DNA of 64,000 nucleotides from an uncultured Coxiella sp. (GCA_902623005.1 CACNSC010000003.1:34610-98609), one strand, 5' to 3'. Numbered from the stretch's first letter, positions 9,663-22,009 are shown. Notes: a model not told the origin generated them from the sequence alone. A program made the numbers and translations.

Positions 9663-10056
9663 GAGGAAGACAGGTTTTTGCAGAGCACGTTGACGTGGCA
9701 TTGTGCTGCTATCGATTGTGGGTCGTTGCGCAAACCTGTCTTTATCCTCCCACCTTCGCCACGAAAGTTCCAGAATGGGCGGGCTGCAGGCTGAACGTAT
9801 TCCGCATTGACAATTTGCCAAGCTCCCCAGGATATACGTTTAGTCTGCACCCCCCGAGGAGATGCACCTGATAAAAACCGGTACCGTCTGAAAGGTGCTT
9901 GTCCTCTAGTCTATTTGAGGGCGTCACCTTTGAGAGTATGGCTTTCGGATAACAGTGTGCTGATGAAGTTATCGTCAACTGATGTGCCAGATTGGCGCTA
10001 GTTTGTGGACTGGTGCTACTTTGAATTGCTCTATCAACCGACCAAGAAGAGCAGTT
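9663..10056 (+). ncRNA. Candidate large structured RNA, or a structured leader of the GntR gene. The class is unknown.
   Basis: By hand count GC is about 48-55% per 60-nt block, against AT-rich flanks, and there are only short overlapping ORFs in three frames.

Helices found:
- 9669-9681/9728-9740
- 16 bp at 9785-9800/9834-9849
- 9856-9869/9893-9906
- 9948-9953/9968-9973
- 9984-9989/9993-9998
- 10024-10032/10048-10056

Every transition-type imperfection is G:T on the + strand, which would be A:C on the - strand. Confidence 0.4.
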
Positions 10057-10158
10057 AGCTTGTCTCGTTATTTCTAGCATTCGCACTCCATTGCGTTACT
10101 TCAAGAATAGATTAACTTAATAAAATCGATGATTCAAGTATTATTCGACTATATTTAT

Positions 10159-10172
10159 AATCATCGATGATT
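10159..10172. promoter_or_regulatory. Perfect 14-bp palindrome AATCATCGATGATT, a candidate operator
   Basis: Read directly from the sequence. It covers the ATG at 10167 of the GntR ORF. Related copies are ATCGATGATT at 10125-10134, TCATCGATGA at 9085-9094 and TCATCGATG at 9419-9427. Confidence 0.45.
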
Positions 10173-10913
10173 TATAGTATTCTTCTTTCATTAACAATTG
10201 GCCCATGGCATTTGGAAACCTCAGTGGATAATCAGCCAGAACAAGAATCATTAACGGAGCAGGCGGTGCGTCTGCTACGCGATGATATTATGTCGGTTGA
10301 ATTTAAACCTGGGCAGCGCCTTAATATTGAGGCGCTCAAACAACGTTATGCCATGGGTGGAACGCCCGTGCGTGAGGCATTGAATCAATTGATTGGTGGC
10401 AACTGGGTGACAGTAGAGCCGCTTAAAGGTTTTCGCGTTGCTCGTTTGAATGGGCATCAATTTGCTGAGTTGTTACAGATTCGCCAGGCTTTGGTGGCTA
10501 GTTGTATGGCTCATGCAATTGATCATTTGGATGATGATTGGGAGGCTGCTTGTGTTGGAGCCTTTTATCGTTGGAAAAAATATACGGCTAAAGCCGTTGA
10601 GGAAATAGATCGGCAACTGGTTGAAGTGGTTGCGCGCTACAATCAGTTTGTGTCAACGCTGTGTCACCTGCAAAAACAATCACTCATGACAAATATGATA
10701 TTGAATGTCTTGCAATTAACTCAGTGGCACAGTTGTATTATTTTTAATCGCACTCAAAATATGCGGCTGGCTATGCTAGATTGGCCACAAAATTATCAGC
10801 CCATCATGGATGGCGTGATGCTACGACAAAAACAGGTTGTAGTTGATCATTGGGTTACTTTAAATAAGGATGCGTCAAATAAAGTAAAAAAAGTCTGGTC
10901 GGAGTATTTATAA
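10167..10913 (+). CDS. GntR-family (FadR/FCD-type) transcriptional regulator
   Basis: It has an N-terminal wHTH (PGQRLNIEALKQRYAMGGTPVREALNQL) and a helical C-terminal FCD-like domain. The start is uncertain, because the ATG at 10167 lies inside the palindrome and in-frame TTG/GTG codons lie about 45-57 nt downstream. Confidence 0.7.
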   Translation: MIYSILLSLTIGPWHLETSVDNQPEQESLTEQAVRLLRDDIMSVEFKPGQRLNIEALKQRYAMGGTPVREALNQLIGGNWVTVEPLKGFRVARLNGHQFAELLQIRQALVASCMAHAIDHLDDDWEAACVGAFYRWKKYTAKAVEEIDRQLVEVVARYNQFVSTLCHLQKQSLMTNMILNVLQLTQWHSCIIFNRTQNMRLAMLDWPQNYQPIMDGVMLRQKQVVVDHWVTLNKDASNKVKKVWSEYL

Positions 10914-10914
10914 A

Positions 10915-11556
10915 ATGATTAATCAGCAAGCGCAAGATGAGATGAGGCAGCAACTGTCGAGCGGCATAGACAGTCTTGCAATTGAATTATTACCTGAGCA
11001 GTTAGACCTTATGATTGCGTTTTTGGTGATATTACAAAAGTGGAATAAAACGCATAACTTAACTGCAATTCATCAGCCTACAAAGATGGTAACGCATCAT
11101 TTGCTCGACAGTTTGGTAATTATTCCATATCTTCACGGTGAGTTTGTCTTAGACGTTGGCACAGGTGGTGGGGTTCCGGGTATCCCGCTGGCGATTGCAT
11201 GTCCTCAGATGCAATTCTCATTAATTGACAGTAACAGTAAAAAAACCAGCTTTATACAGCATATTATTCAGTCTTTAGGATTGAAAAATGTGGCCGTACA
11301 TCATCAGCGCATCGAGCGCTTTTCACAAACACAAAGATTTGATGTTATCATTGCGCGAGCAGTCAGTACGTTATCCAATATTTTATCGTGGACAAGGCAT
11401 TTATTAAAAGAAGATGGTGAGTGGCAGTTAATGAAGGGTGCGTATCCGGAAGCAGAATTGAATGGTATCGAGCTTCCTTATCGTACGGTTGCGCTTGAGG
11501 TGCCTGGCTTAGCTGCTGAGCGTCATTTGGTAGTGATTGAACAAACTGGAAAATAG
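10915..11556 (+). CDS. rsmG: 16S rRNA m7G527 methyltransferase RsmG (GidB)
   Basis: The 213-aa protein has the SAM motif VLDVGTGGGVPGIPLAI and LQKWNKTHNLTAI, which are typical of GidB. Confidence 0.93.
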   Translation: MINQQAQDEMRQQLSSGIDSLAIELLPEQLDLMIAFLVILQKWNKTHNLTAIHQPTKMVTHHLLDSLVIIPYLHGEFVLDVGTGGGVPGIPLAIACPQMQFSLIDSNSKKTSFIQHIIQSLGLKNVAVHHQRIERFSQTQRFDVIIARAVSTLSNILSWTRHLLKEDGEWQLMKGAYPEAELNGIELPYRTVALEVPGLAAERHLVVIEQTGK

Positions 11557-11558
11557 TC

Positions 11559-12368
11559 ATGGCGAGAATTATTGCGATCGCAAATCAAAAGGGTGGTGTT
11601 GCTAAAACAACCACATCAATTAACTTGGCGGCATCTTTGTCGTTGATGAAACAGCGCATATTGCTAGTTGATTTAGACCCTCAGGGCAGTGCCACGGTAG
11701 GGAGTGGGGTTAATAAGCAGGAGTTGACGAACACAATTAACGAGGTATTACTGGGTGATTGTGATGCGAAGTCTGCTGTTGTAAAAACCAGGTGGGGTTT
11801 TAGCTTATTGCCATCTAATGGTGATCTAACTGTTGCTGAGGTGCGTTTGTTAAAGTCGGATAATCGCGATCGTTGTTTAGCCAATGCATTGAATGTATTG
11901 AGTGCTGCTTACGATTATATCCTTATCGACTGCCCGCCTTCTTTGAACATGCTGACGGTGAACGGCTTGGTTGCTGCGCACAGCGTGTTGGTGCCGATAC
12001 AATGTGAATATTACGCACTGGAGGGTTTGACCAGTTTATTAGCTAGCATCGAGCGCATTAAGCAGGCGGTCAATCCGCAGTTAAAGATTGAGGGTTTATT
12101 GCGCACCATGTATGACGGTCGTAACCGTCTTACATCTGAGGTCTCGGAGCAATTGCTGACGCATTTTAGAGGGCAGGTTTATCATACCGTTATTCCTCGG
12201 AACGTAAGATTGGCAGAGGCGCCAAGCCATGGTATACCCGTGGTGCATTATGATAAGCGGTCGCAGGGGGCGATTGCATATTTGGCATTGGCTAGTGAGT
12301 TTTTACAACGCTATCGCAAATCCGAGCGGCTGGTGTCGCAAGATCAAGCGGTGCGAGAGGAGGTGTGA
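11559..12368 (+). CDS. parA: Chromosome partitioning ATPase ParA (Soj)
   Basis: It has the deviant Walker A motif IANQKGGVAKTTT, then DLDPQGS and IDCPPSL. Confidence 0.95.
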   Translation: MARIIAIANQKGGVAKTTTSINLAASLSLMKQRILLVDLDPQGSATVGSGVNKQELTNTINEVLLGDCDAKSAVVKTRWGFSLLPSNGDLTVAEVRLLKSDNRDRCLANALNVLSAAYDYILIDCPPSLNMLTVNGLVAAHSVLVPIQCEYYALEGLTSLLASIERIKQAVNPQLKIEGLLRTMYDGRNRLTSEVSEQLLTHFRGQVYHTVIPRNVRLAEAPSHGIPVVHYDKRSQGAIAYLALASEFLQRYRKSERLVSQDQAVREEV

Positions 12369-13288
12369 TGCAAAAGAAAAGAGGCTTGGGCCGTGGATTA
12401 AGTGATCTGGGATTGGGTGAATTATTGCAAACGTCCCGAGTTGATCAGCCGTCGGTCGCTCAAATTCAGCCTGATTATCAGTCTGACGAAGGGCCACAGC
12501 TGGCATTGACTGATTCAACGCTGCAACAACTGGATGTCGGAAGTATTGTGGCGGGTCGTTATCAGCCCCGTAGTCACTTTGCGCCAGGTGCGTTGGATGA
12601 GCTAGCACAATCGATTCGCTCGCAAGGGGTGATACAGCCAGTAGTGGTGCGCCAAACTGCAAAAGGTTATGAGTTGATTGCTGGTGAGCGTCGCTGGCGA
12701 GCTGCACAATTGGCTGGCTTGAAGCAAATACCAGCGGTGGTGCGAGAGTTGTCAGACGATGCTGCAGTGGCAATGTCGCTGATTGAGAACATACAGCGTG
12801 AAGATCTCAATGCTATTGAGGAGGCTGTCGCCTTAAATCGATTGCTGCATGAATTTTCGCTGACTCATCAGGAAGTGGCTGAAGTAGTAGGTAAGTCGCG
12901 AACTGCTGTGTCGAATTTAGTTCGGCTATTGCGTTTGCAGCCTGCAGTGAAAGTGATGGTTGAAAATGGCCAGTTGGAAATGGGTCATGCACGAGCATTA
13001 TTGATGCTTGAGGGTGCTCAGCAAGTTGATGTAGCAAAGAGTATTATCGCTCGAGAGCTGTCCGTCAGACAGGCCGAGGCATGGGTTAAGTCATTACAGA
13101 ATGGTAAGGATGCGAACAGCTCGGTTCCGCAAGAGATTGACCCTAATATCAAAAAACTGCAGTCAGAATTATCTGATAAACTGTGTGCTCGAGTAGTAAT
13201 ACGGCATCAAGCAAAAGGTAAGGGGCAGTTAATCGTTCATTACAGCGATGTTGACGAGTTGGATGGTATTTTAGAAAAAATTCATTAA
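12365..13288 (+). CDS. parB: Chromosome partitioning protein ParB (Spo0J)
   Basis: It has the ParB box GERRWRAA, IENIQREDLN and an HTH (HQEVAEVVGKSRTAVSN). Its start overlaps the parA stop (ATGA-type overlap). Confidence 0.95.
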   Translation: MMQKKRGLGRGLSDLGLGELLQTSRVDQPSVAQIQPDYQSDEGPQLALTDSTLQQLDVGSIVAGRYQPRSHFAPGALDELAQSIRSQGVIQPVVVRQTAKGYELIAGERRWRAAQLAGLKQIPAVVRELSDDAAVAMSLIENIQREDLNAIEEAVALNRLLHEFSLTHQEVAEVVGKSRTAVSNLVRLLRLQPAVKVMVENGQLEMGHARALLMLEGAQQVDVAKSIIARELSVRQAEAWVKSLQNGKDANSSVPQEIDPNIKKLQSELSDKLCARVVIRHQAKGKGQLIVHYSDVDELDGILEKIH

Positions 13289-13303
13289 TGGAAGAGTGAA
13301 GTG

Positions 13304-13456
13304 ATGAGGCAAGGTGTCTTTTATTTGATCGTTTTTGTGATAGGTATACTGGTTGGTGTGGCTATATCGCATCAAATGTATTCATGTGACTCGCGCAAGG
13401 CCGTATTTAGAAGTAATGATTTTTATCAGCAACATCAAGCGCCTGATCCACAGTAA
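13304..13456 (+). CDS. Possible small membrane protein (50 aa)
   Basis: Hand-found ORF MRQGVFYLIVFVIGILVGVAISHQMYSCDSRKAVFRSNDFYQQHQAPDPQ. GAAGAG lies upstream, it has one TM helix, and it starts 16 nt after the parB stop. It is below the ORF-track size cutoff. Confidence 0.3.
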   Translation: MRQGVFYLIVFVIGILVGVAISHQMYSCDSRKAVFRSNDFYQQHQAPDPQ

Positions 13457-13562
13457 GTTACTATGAGCTTGTTTGTGATTCAGACGGGCTCTAGAGTTTT
13501 ATGTTGAGTCAGCGTGAATCGATGGCTTAACTATTTTGGGGGCGGATTGAAGCGGTGCAGCG

Positions 13563-13591
13563 TTGCACATGGCGGTGAAAGCCTTTATACT
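13563..13591 (+). promoter_or_regulatory. Candidate sigma70 promoter of the atp operon
   Basis: TTGCAC (13563-68), a 17-nt spacer, then TATACT (13586-91), about 30 nt upstream of the atpI ATG. Confidence 0.4.
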
Positions 13592-13620
13592 CGCGAACAT
13601 TTGCCAGGGGCTTTATAGAT

Positions 13621-15168
<1,548 letters not shown>

Positions 15169-15203
15169 TAAAAATCAGAGCGTCTGAGCTGAGGTAATTA
15201 AGT

Positions 15204-15680
15204 ATGAATTTGAATCTAACCATTCTTGGTCAAATGATAACGTTTGGTTTGTTTATCTGGTTTACCATGAAGTATGTTTGGCCGGCGATCACCAACGTTA
15301 TGAGCGAGCGCCAGCAAAAAATTGCAGATGGTTTATCGGCTGCTGAGCAAGGTGTAAAAGATCTCGAGCTTGCGCAGTACAAGGCTGAAGAGATTCGTAC
15401 TGAAGCCAAAGCCGAAGCGGCTGCAATTATCGAGCAAGCAAATACTCGAGCTCATCACTTGGTCGAGGAAGCAAAAGAACAAGCTCGCAAAGAAGGTGCG
15501 CGTCTATCAGAGCTGGCTAAAGAAGACATCCAAAAAGATTACTTACAGGCGAAAGAGCTGTTAATTGCTCAGGTGAGTGAGCTCGCAATTGCAGGTGCAG
15601 AGAAAGTGTTACAGAAAGAAATTAGTATCAATCTTGATTTGGATAGAGGTATTGTTTCAGACACAGTGGGCGAAGCGTAA
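15204..15680 (+). CDS. atpF: F0F1 ATP synthase subunit b
   Basis: It has an N-terminal TM segment followed by a long charged helix, in operon order. Confidence 0.9.
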
Positions 15681-16234
15681 TGTCTCAATCCTTAACCATG
15701 GCAAGACCATACGCCAAAGCGCTGTTTAAGAAAGTTTGTCAAACTAGCGCAGTGCATCAGTGGTTATCAGTACTCAACGTGCTGTCTTGTGCTGTGAGAG
15801 ATGCAAACATGCGAGTGGTTTTAGAGAGCCCGCTCTATACCGATCAGCAACGCCAATCGATTTTACTGGATGTCGTCAAGGCAATCCCTGACCTACCGGT
15901 AGAGCTTGTGACAGAGGTTGAGACTTTTCTCCAAGTGCTGGCTACATCAAATCGACTCGTTGTTTTGCCTGAGATTTTTACTCTGTTTTCTGATGAGTTA
16001 GAGGCGTTTGAAGGAGTGGTTTCTGCATCGGTGGCATCTGCCCGTGTCTTATCAGAGCCAGAAGTTGCCTCTGTGAAATCCTACGTTGAAAAAACACTAG
16101 GTTCCAAGGCACAGCTCACGTTGAAAGTGGATACCGCTCTTATCGGTGGTGTTGTTATTCAAGTAGGCAGTTGGGTTATGGACGGTTCGGTTCGTAATCG
16201 GTTGTCGCGATTAAGTGAAAGATTGAGAGGTTAA
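15680..16234 (+). CDS. atpH: F0F1 ATP synthase subunit delta
   Basis: The protein starts ARPYAKALF and ends [20 protein letters not shown], in operon order. Confidence 0.9.
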
Positions 16235-16239
16235 TAGTC

Positions 16240-17790
16240 ATGTCATTGACACAGTTAGAAGCATCAGAGATTAGTCAAATTATTCAGTCTCGAATAGATA
16301 GTATGAATGTTCAGGCGGAAGTCCGAACTGAAGGTACGATTGTTAATTTGAAGGATGGAATTGTGCGCATCTACGGACTCACTGATGTGATGTTCGGTGA
16401 AATGATCGAGTTTCCAGGTGGTATTTTTGGTCTGGCGTTTAACCTTGAGCGGGATTCTGTCGGTGCCGTAGTACTGGGTCCTTATGGTAGTTTACAAGAA
16501 GGTATGGTTGCACGTTGTACCGGTAAGATTTTAGAGGTGCCGGTTGGTGAGGCATTATTGGGTCGTGTGGTTGACACTTTGGGTCGCCCAATTGATGGTA
16601 AAGGACCAATTGAAACATCATTGATGTCTGCCATTGAGAAGATTGCACCTGGAGTTATCGACAGACAATCGGTCGATCAGCCGTTGCAAACCGGTATTAA
16701 ATCGATTGACGCCATGGTTCCGATTGGCCGAGGACAGCGTGAGCTGATTATCGGAGATCGTCAGATTGGTAAAACTGCAATCGCAATTGATACAATCATT
16801 AATCAAAAAAATACCGGTGTTAAGTGTATCTATGTGGCTATTGGTCAAAAAGCATCGTCTGTGGCTGCGGTTGTTCGCAAGCTTGAAGAGCACGATGCGT
16901 TGAAGCACACCATCATTGTTGCAGCCAATGCTTCAGATGCGGCATCACTGCAATATTTAGCACCATATTCCGGTTGTTCAATGGGAGAGTACTTTAGAGA
17001 CAGAGGTGAAGATGCGCTCATCGTTTATGATGATTTAACCAAGCAAGCCTGGGCTTATCGTCAAATTTCATTGTTACTTCGTCGTCCACCAGGTCGTGAA
17101 GCATACCCAGGTGATGTTTTCTATTTGCACTCGCGTCTCTTAGAAAGAGCGGCTCGCGTTAATGCTGACTATGTTGAAAAACTTACTAATGGCGAAGTCA
17201 AAGGAAAAACAGGTTCGTTAACCGCGTTGCCAATTATTGAGACACAGGCCGGTGATGTCTCGGCCTTCATTCCAACCAATGTTATCTCGATTACCGATGG
17301 TCAAATTTTCCTTGATGTGAATATGTTTAACTCAGGGATTCGTCCAGCAATTAGCACTGGCCTCTCAGTATCTCGTGTTGGCGGCGCCGCACAAACTAAG
17401 ATTGTTAAGAAACTAGCGGGTGGATTACGTATCGCAGCTGCACAATATCGTGAGCTTGAGGCTTTTTCACAATTTGCTTCTGACTTGGATGCAGCGACAC
17501 GTAAACAACTAGAGCGTGGTCAGCGTATTTATGAGATGCTGAAGCAGTCGCAATACAAGCCGCTTGATGTGGCTCAGACCGCATTTTCATGGTTTGTGGT
17601 TGAGAAGGGTTATTTAGACGATGTTGATCTCAAAAAGATTACGAGTTTTGAAGCCTCTCTTCACGCCTATCTAGCTGATACTGAGTCTGAGTTCATGCAA
17701 GCCATTAATGATAAGCCAGTATTAGACGCAGACACGTTGCAGAAGATGGAGCAGATCCTAGAAAAGTTCAAATCCACGCAAACGTGGTAA
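16240..17790 (+). CDS. atpA: F0F1 ATP synthase subunit alpha
   Basis: It has the Walker A motif GDRQIGKT and conservation typical of the alpha subunit. Confidence 0.98.
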
Positions 17791-17812
17791 TTTAATAACG
17801 AGGGCTGTCGTC

Positions 17813-18679
17813 ATGTCACGCGCAAGAGAAATTCACAATAAAATGTCGAGTGTAAAGAGTACGCAAAAGATTACTCGCGCGATGGAGTTAGTTGCAGCGA
17901 GTAAAATGCGTAAAGCTCAAGAGCGCATGGCATTATCAAAGCCTTATGCAACCCATATTCGTGATGTAATTTCTCATGTTGCCTCTTGTCACAGTGAGTT
18001 CAAGCATCCTTATATGCAAAAACGCGAAACTATCCGTCGAGTCGGCTTTATTATCGTCTCAACCGATCGCGGTTTGTGCGGTGGTTTGAATATGAATTTA
18101 TTCCGAACCATTTTGAAGCAGTTGCAGTCATTGCAAGAGCAACAAATTGAAGTTGATGTATGCTTAATTGGTCGAAAAGCCGAGAGTTATTTTTCACGCC
18201 TTGATGTGAACGTTGTTGGTGTTGCAACTGGCCTCGGTGATAAGCCTTCGGTTACTGACTTGGTTGGTGTTGTAAAGGTTATGCTTGATCGCTTTGACTC
18301 TGGTGAGTTAGATCAGGTTTTCATTGCAGCCAATAGTTTTGTCAACACGATGACACAGCAGCCTTTTGTGCGTGAACTTTTGCCTTTACAGCCTGAGCCA
18401 TCTTCAAAAAAATGGTATTGGGATTATATTTACGAGCCAGATGATTCATCTGTTCTAATGACAGCACTCTTGATTCGCTACATTGAATCACAAGTGTATC
18501 AGGCTGTGATTGAAAATATCTCTTGTGAGCAAAGTGCTCGAATGGTGGCAATGAAGAGTGCGACTGATAATGCCGGCTCTCTAATTGATGAGCTGCGACT
18601 GGTGTACAACAAAGTAAGGCAATCAGGAATAACGCAAGAAATTTCAGAAATTGTGGCCGGTGCGGCTGCTGTAGAATAA
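17813..18679 (+). CDS. atpG: F0F1 ATP synthase subunit gamma
   Basis: It has [18 protein letters not shown] at the N-terminus and [15 protein letters not shown] at the C-terminus. Confidence 0.97.
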
Positions 18680-20089
<1,410 letters not shown>

Positions 20090-20098
20090 ATAGGTGTA

Positions 20099-20530
20099 AT
20101 GATGGCTGCAAAGACCATGGATCTAACAATTGTCAGCGCGGAAGCGGCATTATTTTCCGGTAAGGTAACTTGTTTATTAGCAACCGGTGGTTCAGGCGAG
20201 TTGGGTATTTATCCAGGTCATACCGCATTATTAACAGCGATTAATCCTGGTGCCATGCAATTTACTTTGGAGTCGGGAGAACAACAATTCTATTATACAT
20301 CGGGCGGCTTTCTAGAAGTGCAACCCGATGTCGTAACGGTACTTGCCAACACAGCTAGTCGCGCAGAAGATCTTGACGAGCTGGCAGCTCAAACAGCAAA
20401 AGAGCAAGCAGAAATTGCATTATCCAATAAGACAAAAGAACTGGATTATAAACAAGCAATGACTGAACTTGCTGAAGCCTCAGCACAGTTGCGTGCGATT
20501 CAGTCCTTAAGAAAACATATCAAAAAATAA
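20099..20530 (+). CDS. atpC: F0F1 ATP synthase subunit epsilon
   Basis: The 143-aa protein has an N-terminal beta-sandwich-type sequence and is the last gene of the operon. Confidence 0.93.
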   Translation: MMAAKTMDLTIVSAEAALFSGKVTCLLATGGSGELGIYPGHTALLTAINPGAMQFTLESGEQQFYYTSGGFLEVQPDVVTVLANTASRAEDLDELAAQTAKEQAEIALSNKTKELDYKQAMTELAEASAQLRAIQSLRKHIKK

Positions 20531-20606
20531 TAGCTGTGTTACATCTGGCAGCCGATAAATTTTTAATGTTAGTATAATCTTTTCAATATTTTATCGAGGG
20601 TCACCC

Positions 20607-21989
20607 ATGGGTTTAAGTGTCATTGTTTTGGCAGCCGGTAATGGCAAGCGTATGTTTTCTGGCGTACCAAAGGTATTGCATGAATTGGCTGGGGTGCCGA
20701 TGGTTGAGCGTGTAGTGCGTACGGCTGAACAACTTAATCCCGATTCGATTCATGTTGTCTATGGCAGTGGTGGGGCTCAAGTTAGGCAGTCTTTAACACA
20801 CTTACCGGTTAATTGGATTAAGCAAGAAGAACGTCAAGGTACCGGGCATGCTGTATCACAAGCCGTACCGTTCTGTCACAAAGACGATCAGGTTCTGGTG
20901 TTGTACGGAGATGTACCATTAATCTCAGAGGAAACGCTGAGTAAGTTATTGCAACAAACGCCTGACAGTGCTTTGGGTCTTGTGATTATTGATAAAAAAA
21001 ATCCCTCCGGCTTAGGGCGAATAATTCGTAACGAGTTAGGCAATATTACGGCGATTGTTGAAGAGAAAGACGCGACAGAACTCGAGAAAAAAATTACCGA
21101 AGTGAACACCGGTATTTTAACAGCCTCAGTTAAGCAACTGCAAAAGTGGTTACCGCAGCTCAAAAATGACAATAAACAAAATGAATATTACTTAACTGAT
21201 ATTGTATCGTTTGCTGTTAGAGACGGTATTGCTGTTGGAGGTGTCATCTCTCATTGTGAAAAAGAGGTGCAAGGTGTTAATGATCGTTGGCAGTTAGCAT
21301 CACTTGAGCGTCATTTTCAACTTGAGCAGGCCAAGGCTTTGACATATTCGGGTGTTAAAGTATTGGACCCTTATCGTTTAGACATACGAGGACAGGTTTC
21401 GGTCGGTCGTGATTCTATCTTAGATGTCAATGTTATTCTCGAAGGCGATGTTGTTATTGGCAATAACTGTTTCATTGGGCCGAATGTTATTTTAAAAAAT
21501 GTAACGCTTGGTGATGACGTAACGATTGCAGCAAATTCATTAGTTGAACACGCAACAATCAATGATAAGGCAACGGTAGGACCTTTCGCACGTATCCGGC
21601 CTGAAACGACAATTGGCAAAGGTGCAAAGGTCGGAAATTTTGTCGAGATTAAAGCGTCTGATATTGGTGCGGGATCGAAGGTATCTCACCTTTCATATAT
21701 CGGTGATGCCACCTTGGGTTGTGGTGTTAATATTGGTGCAGGTACAATCACTTGCAATTATGATGGTGTTAATAAATGGCAAACCGTTATTCAAGACGGT
21801 GCTTTTGTTGGCTCTAACAGTTCATTAGTTGCGCCACTGACTGTTGGCTGTGATGCAACGATTGGTGCTGGCTCTACAGTATCTCGTGATGCGCCAGCAG
21901 AACAATTAACACTGGAGAGAGCTCAACAACGCACGGTGTCAAGTTGGAAGCGTCCTGAAAAAGTTCTGGAAACAGTCACAGAGACCTAA
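20607..21989 (+). CDS. glmU: Bifunctional UDP-GlcNAc pyrophosphorylase / GlcN-1-P acetyltransferase
   Basis: It has VLAAGNGKRM and left-handed beta-helix hexapeptide repeats in the C-terminal half, and follows atpC as in many gammaproteobacteria. Confidence 0.96.
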   Translation: MGLSVIVLAAGNGKRMFSGVPKVLHELAGVPMVERVVRTAEQLNPDSIHVVYGSGGAQVRQSLTHLPVNWIKQEERQGTGHAVSQAVPFCHKDDQVLVLYGDVPLISEETLSKLLQQTPDSALGLVIIDKKNPSGLGRIIRNELGNITAIVEEKDATELEKKITEVNTGILTASVKQLQKWLPQLKNDNKQNEYYLTDIVSFAVRDGIAVGGVISHCEKEVQGVNDRWQLASLERHFQLEQAKALTYSGVKVLDPYRLDIRGQVSVGRDSILDVNVILEGDVVIGNNCFIGPNVILKNVTLGDDVTIAANSLVEHATINDKATVGPFARIRPETTIGKGAKVGNFVEIKASDIGAGSKVSHLSYIGDATLGCGVNIGAGTITCNYDGVNKWQTVIQDGAFVGSNSSLVAPLTVGCDATIGAGSTVSRDAPAEQLTLERAQQRTVSSWKRPEKVLETVTET

Positions 21990-22009
21990 GTTTCGTTGAG
22001 GTCATTCAC

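Noticed and set aside
9655-10060. Identity of the structured block as RNase P RNA, tmRNA, 6S RNA or a known riboswitch
   Set aside because: I read both strands. There is no GGAAAGUCCGGGC / ACAGAANCCGGCUUA pair (RNase P P4), and no tRNA-like GGUUCGANUCC...CCA 3' end or tag ORF (tmRNA). I saw no TPP-riboswitch CUGAGA motif and nothing resembling a cobalamin-riboswitch core. The context also lacks the usual neighbours. A covariance-model search is still needed.
9620-10086. Three ORFs in the track (9620..9850 -, 9742..10086 -, 9807..10001 +) as protein-coding genes
   Set aside because: They overlap each other in different frames and have no RBS or recognisable motifs. They coincide with extensive base-pairing, so open frames of this length are expected by chance in a locally GC-richer stretch.
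9068-10166. oriC in the mnmG-rsmG gap, by analogy with E. coli gidA-oriC-mioC
   Set aside because: There is no cluster of DnaA boxes. The best TTATCCACA-like words have 2 or more mismatches (TTATCCTCC at 9742-9750; TTATCCGAA on the minus strand at 9944-9952). I saw no AT-rich 13-mer array or GATC clustering.
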